Shown: one piece after another, positions 60,120 to 64,000 of the stretch | Layout of the letters: every line of letters starts with the position of its first letter | Position numbering within the stretch: position 1 is the first letter of the stretch | Notes under the pieces: model-generated | What the model saw: only the letters and a program-made list of their open reading frames with translations | Databases searched by the model: none | What the model was told of the DNA's origin: nothing | From: a bacterium | GTDB taxonomy: Bacteria; Patescibacteriota; UBA1384; CAILIB01 | DNA length: 64,000 nucleotides | NCBI GenBank assembly: GCA_037131105.1 | Contig: JBAXRQ010000001.1 | Span: 701,465-765,464 of the forward strand | Reading direction: 5' to 3' | Program-made: the position numbers and the translations under genes

Positions 60120-60632
60120 TTACGCAATTTCGATATCCAATGACCTCACAATAGTTGTGACGGCCTCTGCCGGCGAAGACTCCGAGGTGTCCAGCATAAG
60201 CTCTTGGGGGCCAGGAGTCCTAGTCTTCAAGACTCTGTTTGAGGCAGCTGACCGCTCTACGTCAGTAAACCCTTCAGTGCGAGCCCCTACCCGCCGCCGC
60301 AGTTCAGCCTCTTCCACTACCAGGGTGACGGTAAGGCAGAAGATCTCTGCAAAGACCTCCCCTAGCTTCTCCACCTGCAGCACAGTCAGGTCATCTGTTA
60401 TGACGTACCGGTACCCGTGTCGAAAATAATTTCGAATGATAAAGACCAGATTCTCAAAAGCCATAGCCGATTCCTCCGGCGACTCATCACTCCAGTCTGG
60501 CTTCAGGTGGAACACTCGTAACTCGCCAAAGTCGATCAGGGGGCACTCAAGCTTTTCGGCCAGAATCTCTCCGATAGTGGTCTTGCCACTGCCGGGAGCG
60601 CCGTTAAACAGAATCAGAATTGGTGGCTTCAT
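60120..60632 (-). CDS. P-loop kinase-like protein (AAA_33 type)
   Basis: NGAPGSGKTT, R...R lid, LDTS. Confidence 0.8.
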   Translation of the reverse strand: MKPPILILFNGAPGSGKTTIGEILAEKLECPLIDFGELRVFHLKPDWSDESPEESAMAFENLVFIIRNYFRHGYRYVITDDLTVLQVEKLGEVFAEIFCLTVTLVVEEAELRRRVGARTEGFTDVERSAASNRVLKTRTPGPQELMLDTSESSPAEAVTTIVRSLDIEIA

Positions 60633-60703
60633 ATGTACTCATCCTAACAAATTATTGAAAGAACGGCTGTCAACCCCAAGGGATCGGCAGCCGGAATGTC
60701 TCG

Positions 60704-61192
60704 TTACAGCACTTTCAGCATCTCAATGTCCCTCGGGCGGTAGCCCTGTGACTTGTAAAAGTCCCGGGCCAGCTGGTTAGCAGCCATAACGCTGAGAACC
60801 ACCGTATCGCAGCCAAGGCCGGCGAGAAAATCCTCTACGGCTGCCAGCAGTCGCTTACCGACTCCGGTTCCCCGCGCCGCGTCCGACATATACAGCTCCT
60901 CGACCCTGCCCAGCCTTGAGGGATGGTGGTCAAGCAGGTAGCTCTCAGGTCGCAGCTCTTCAGCGCCGGCGGCAAGGCCGATGATCTGCCCCTCCAGCTC
61001 AGCGACCAGAAAGGTTCCGCCGCTGTCAGCCAGCTGACAGACGTTGTCCACATAGAACTCGCCGTACCCGGGCTCCCTTCGCAGCCTCCCCAACGGGTCA
61101 AGCGCCACCAGGTAGTCCAGGAACTGCTCGAACAGTCGCACCAGCGCCTCCCTGTCGGTCCCATGATAGGGCCTGATAAGCACTTCACTCAT
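60704..61192 (-). CDS. GNAT acetyltransferase
   Basis: ARGTGVGKRL and N..A..FY...GY motifs. Confidence 0.9.
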   Translation of the reverse strand: MSEVLIRPYHGTDREALVRLFEQFLDYLVALDPLGRLRREPGYGEFYVDNVCQLADSGGTFLVAELEGQIIGLAAGAEELRPESYLLDHHPSRLGRVEELYMSDAARGTGVGKRLLAAVEDFLAGLGCDTVVLSVMAANQLARDFYKSQGYRPRDIEMLKVL

Positions 61193-61722
61193 TTCTCCCT
61201 CCTTCTTACCATATGCTTCTGAGGCAGGTAGGCGCCACTTTGGAAGTGGCCGCCCGTAAACTCAGGCCCTTCCACGCTGTCGCAGAAGCCGAAACGCTCA
61301 TAGAAGCGAATGGCACGCTCATTGTATGACGCCACATTAAGGTAGACGGTCTCATAGTCCTCCACCTCTTTCAGCGCCTGAACTATGAGTGCAGCCCCGA
61401 TGCCACAGGAGAAGTACTCTGGCAACACGTACAACGCCCGCAGATAGCCGTAGCCTTCGCACAGCTCCACTCCGAACAGTCCGATTATCTCACCGTTCAG
61501 TTCAGCCACTCCCCGCCGTGAAGCGGGATCCTGTCTGGTCAGGCTCTCAAAACGCCTTTGGGTATTCTCCTCGCCCGCCAGATCCAAGGAAAGAATGTCC
61601 TCCCTAGTAATCTCCATCCCCTCATGGGGATAGGTGGCCAACCATGACTCCTGGAACACTCTACCCATGGCAGTCGCGTCCTCCGGCCGGGCCGGACGGA
61701 TAATCACTCCACGTGCACTCAT
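61189..61722 (-). CDS. GNAT acetyltransferase
   Basis: IRPA..ED, LYVLP....GIG and NERAIRFYERFGF motifs; GGAGG RBS before MSARG. Confidence 0.9.
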   Translation of the reverse strand: MSARGVIIRPARPEDATAMGRVFQESWLATYPHEGMEITREDILSLDLAGEENTQRRFESLTRQDPASRRGVAELNGEIIGLFGVELCEGYGYLRALYVLPEYFSCGIGAALIVQALKEVEDYETVYLNVASYNERAIRFYERFGFCDSVEGPEFTGGHFQSGAYLPQKHMVRRREK

Positions 61723-61927
61723 TTCGCGCCTCCATACTGATAAGGTCCTTTTTGCGCAAAACAAAAAGGCGAGCCCGTAAGCTCGTCTTCAATATGTGAC
61801 CATACGAAAAACCAACCTACGCGTTAGGGGGTAAGGGATGTAATGAAGCCGACTAGAGTCATATATGAAGCTACTGATTGATAGGTGATGATATCAGAAT
61901 TCCGCAGAAAGGTCAACCTCCTGGAGG

Positions 61928-62800
61928 TTAGAACGGCTCGTCATCCTGCTCGCCACTTCCCGAGATATATACCTCTTTATTCATCTCAGTATCCACCCCT
62001 ACGTATTCAGCCTTCCCATCGATGATCTCCTCATACGGAGTACAGGCAAAGCAGCCACCCCGCGGACAGTCGAATAGGCGCTTCTCCCTCGCCAGCTTCA
62101 CCGACAAAGCCACGTCCATCACCTGCTTCTCGCTAGTGGCTAGGTCAGGCAATGTCACCTGAGTAGGCGCGTCCTTCGAGTCCACATACCAGTAACTCGC
62201 CTTAGTCACTACCCGCTTCTGACAGTTCTTCACCAGCAGATGGTAGATAGGCAGCTGCAATGACCCGGCCTTCTCCTCGTGCTTGCCGGTCTTAAAATCG
62301 AGGATGTGGACGCTGTCAGTCTCGGGAAGGTATTCCAGCCAGTCGATCTTGCCGCAGAGAATTATGTTCTCAGCCTCAGATAGGTAGAAGCTGGGCAATC
62401 CCTTGATCATCATCGAGTCTTCAGGGATGCGCAGCGCCTTGTTCAAGAGAGGGCCAGGGTGCTTCTCTACCCGCTCCAGCATCTCCCGGCCCCGCTTCTT
62501 GTAACCCTCCTCTTCCGTAGTATCAGTAAAGCCTCCCCACTTCCCACTCACCTTCTTCCAGACGTCTTCATACTTGTCGAGCAGCGAGTCATTGAGCCGC
62601 ACATCTACCGGCAAGTCCTGCAGTGACTCCAGCACGGTGTGCACCGCCTGACCCAAGGCCAAGGCCGGCTGCATAAGGGCCAGCTTCCTGCCGGTCTTGG
62701 GGTTCTTGTAGAGGTTTTTCAGATAATAGGCGCGCGGGCACTTCAGGTAGTCCCCGATGGAGGAATGAGAAAGCCAGACGGCGGTACGGGTATCGGGCAT
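61928..62800 (-). CDS. PD-(D/E)XK nuclease (RecB/AddB/Cas4-like)
   Basis: SHSSI....CPR, G..VH, GKID, DFKTG, QL.IY, C-terminal C..C..C. Confidence 0.85.
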   Translation of the reverse strand: MPDTRTAVWLSHSSIGDYLKCPRAYYLKNLYKNPKTGRKLALMQPALALGQAVHTVLESLQDLPVDVRLNDSLLDKYEDVWKKVSGKWGGFTDTTEEEGYKKRGREMLERVEKHPGPLLNKALRIPEDSMMIKGLPSFYLSEAENIILCGKIDWLEYLPETDSVHILDFKTGKHEEKAGSLQLPIYHLLVKNCQKRVVTKASYWYVDSKDAPTQVTLPDLATSEKQVMDVALSVKLAREKRLFDCPRGGCFACTPYEEIIDGKAEYVGVDTEMNKEVYISGSGEQDDEPF

Positions 62801-62818
62801 GGCAATGAGTTAATGGCT

Positions 62819-63649
62819 CTAGCGTACCATATCCGTCGACTCGGCGACGAGAAATGCCTCCGCCCCCACTGGCGCCTCCTGCCAGGGAAAAATGATGCAG
62901 GACGGATAGTCCGGGGCACAATACTGTTCAGCGCCATCAGTGGCAATACGCTCCCCCGGCTTCAGCGCCTGGAAGCCCCTGAACTTCCTGGTGAACCGGA
63001 ACTGCTCCGATTTCTTAAACACCGGATACTTCACCGCCACCACCCTCTGCTGGACAGTCCCCGGCTCTACCCCGTCGATCATCCCAAAATAGGCCAAGAG
63101 CTGCCGGATGGCCTCCACCGCCAGCGGCGTCATCTTCTCAGCTTCCGCCCTGTCTCCGCATTCGATACAGATCGCTGGCTTGCCCTGCCGGTACATATAC
63201 TCGTCAGTCGACCCTGGCTCCGCCTTTACCCACCCGGTAGAAAGAATGGACACTGGCATACGCCTGGCGATCTCAAAGCCATTCTCCTCGCAAATGATAA
63301 ACGGCGGCTCCCCGCCCATACCGGCGTGGATATCCAGCAAAGCGTCGGCCGAGTCGAGAATAGGCATGAGGGATAGAGCCAATTGGCCTTCAATAGTATC
63401 ACTAGAGGCGCTAGGCGTCAGTGCCCGGTTCAGGTTCTCGTCAAGAAACCGCTCACCCGCCGCAAGCGCTGGCGGATTGGCCATCACGGTTACAAGTGTG
63501 CCCCGCAGCAACTTCAGATTCGGTAGCACATTTTTGAGTGCCAGCACCCCTACCGGCTCATCCCCGTGCACACCGGCACAGATGACTACGGTAGGACCGG
63601 ACAAAGCACCCGAAATAATCTTCACAATCGGTTCATACTTCATATACAT
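62819..63649 (-). CDS. Succinylglutamate desuccinylase/aspartoacylase family protein
   Basis: GVHGDE, NLNR, LDIH and IECG motifs (M14 fold). Confidence 0.85.
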   Translation of the reverse strand: MYMKYEPIVKIISGALSGPTVVICAGVHGDEPVGVLALKNVLPNLKLLRGTLVTVMANPPALAAGERFLDENLNRALTPSASSDTIEGQLALSLMPILDSADALLDIHAGMGGEPPFIICEENGFEIARRMPVSILSTGWVKAEPGSTDEYMYRQGKPAICIECGDRAEAEKMTPLAVEAIRQLLAYFGMIDGVEPGTVQQRVVAVKYPVFKKSEQFRFTRKFRGFQALKPGERIATDGAEQYCAPDYPSCIIFPWQEAPVGAEAFLVAESTDMVR

Positions 63650-63697
63650 AGTTAGGTGGGTTCCCGGGCGGCATTACGCCGCCCGGGATAAATATCC

Positions 63698-64000
63698 TCA
63701 CACGCTGCGGCCCAGGACCACCCGCATATCAGGATTCGGATATGAGGCAATCACCTCGTAGCCCTGGCGCTGATACCAGCCATAGACCACGGTAGGCGGA
63801 TCCGACTGGGTACGGGCCGCCACCTGTCTGAGACCGCTGACCTGGATATGCTCCATCCAGCCCGCATACAACTCCCGGCCAATTCCCTTCCCCTGCCAGT
63901 CGGGACGCACCACCACCTCGTCGTTGTAGGCGACCAGGGCGTCCCCGACCAGACCATGGACCGGCAGTCCCAGATGCGATTCCAGTTCAGGGACGGCAAG
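63698..64000 (-). CDS. GNAT acetyltransferase (3' part; starts outside the window)
   Basis: Frame is open to the window edge; VRPDWQGKGIG and WY...GY motifs. Confidence 0.8.
   Translation of the reverse strand, partial: LAVPELESHLGLPVHGLVGDALVAYNDEVVVRPDWQGKGIGRELYAGWMEHIQVSGLRQVAARTQSDPPTVVYGWYQRQGYEVIASYPNPDMRVVLGRSV

Noticed and set aside
61928-62800. Cas4-like nuclease as a sign of CRISPR
   Set aside because: No repeat-spacer array or other cas genes seen in the window; solo PD-(D/E)XK genes are common.

Overview
A 64-kb chromosomal segment of a monoderm bacterium, most likely Patescibacteria/CPR. That assignment is inferred from the intron-bearing, shortened, 16S-unlinked 23S rRNA, the alpha2-type GlyRS, a sortase and many orphan membrane-anchored proteins. 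Left part (minus strand): radA (partial), recJ and a reduced dcw cluster (mraZ, ftsL-like, ftsI, murF, mraY, murD, ftsW, murG, murC, murB, a degenerate second murB, ftsQ). These are followed by glyQS, typA, DUF2207, recO, mutM, yvcK and padR. Centre: a stand-alone 23S-5S unit with two group I introns. The L1917 intron encodes a LAGLIDADG nuclease. The ORF-less L2500 intron ends in A instead of the canonical omega-G. Right part: ion and metal transport (NRAMP-like, MgtA, Kup, ZIP, Fur-family regulator, YcnI plus a reductase fusion), ndh, C39-like peptidases, GNATs and a PD-(D/E)XK nuclease. The best candidate for an undescribed system is the operon at 38.3-42.7 kb. It encodes three proteins built from nine gapless copies of one 70-aa Asn/Thr/Gly repeat (one secreted, two C-terminally anchored) plus a sortase, which suggests a sortase-anchored beta-solenoid or amyloid-like surface fibre. 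All calls were made by eye from motifs; no database searches were run.
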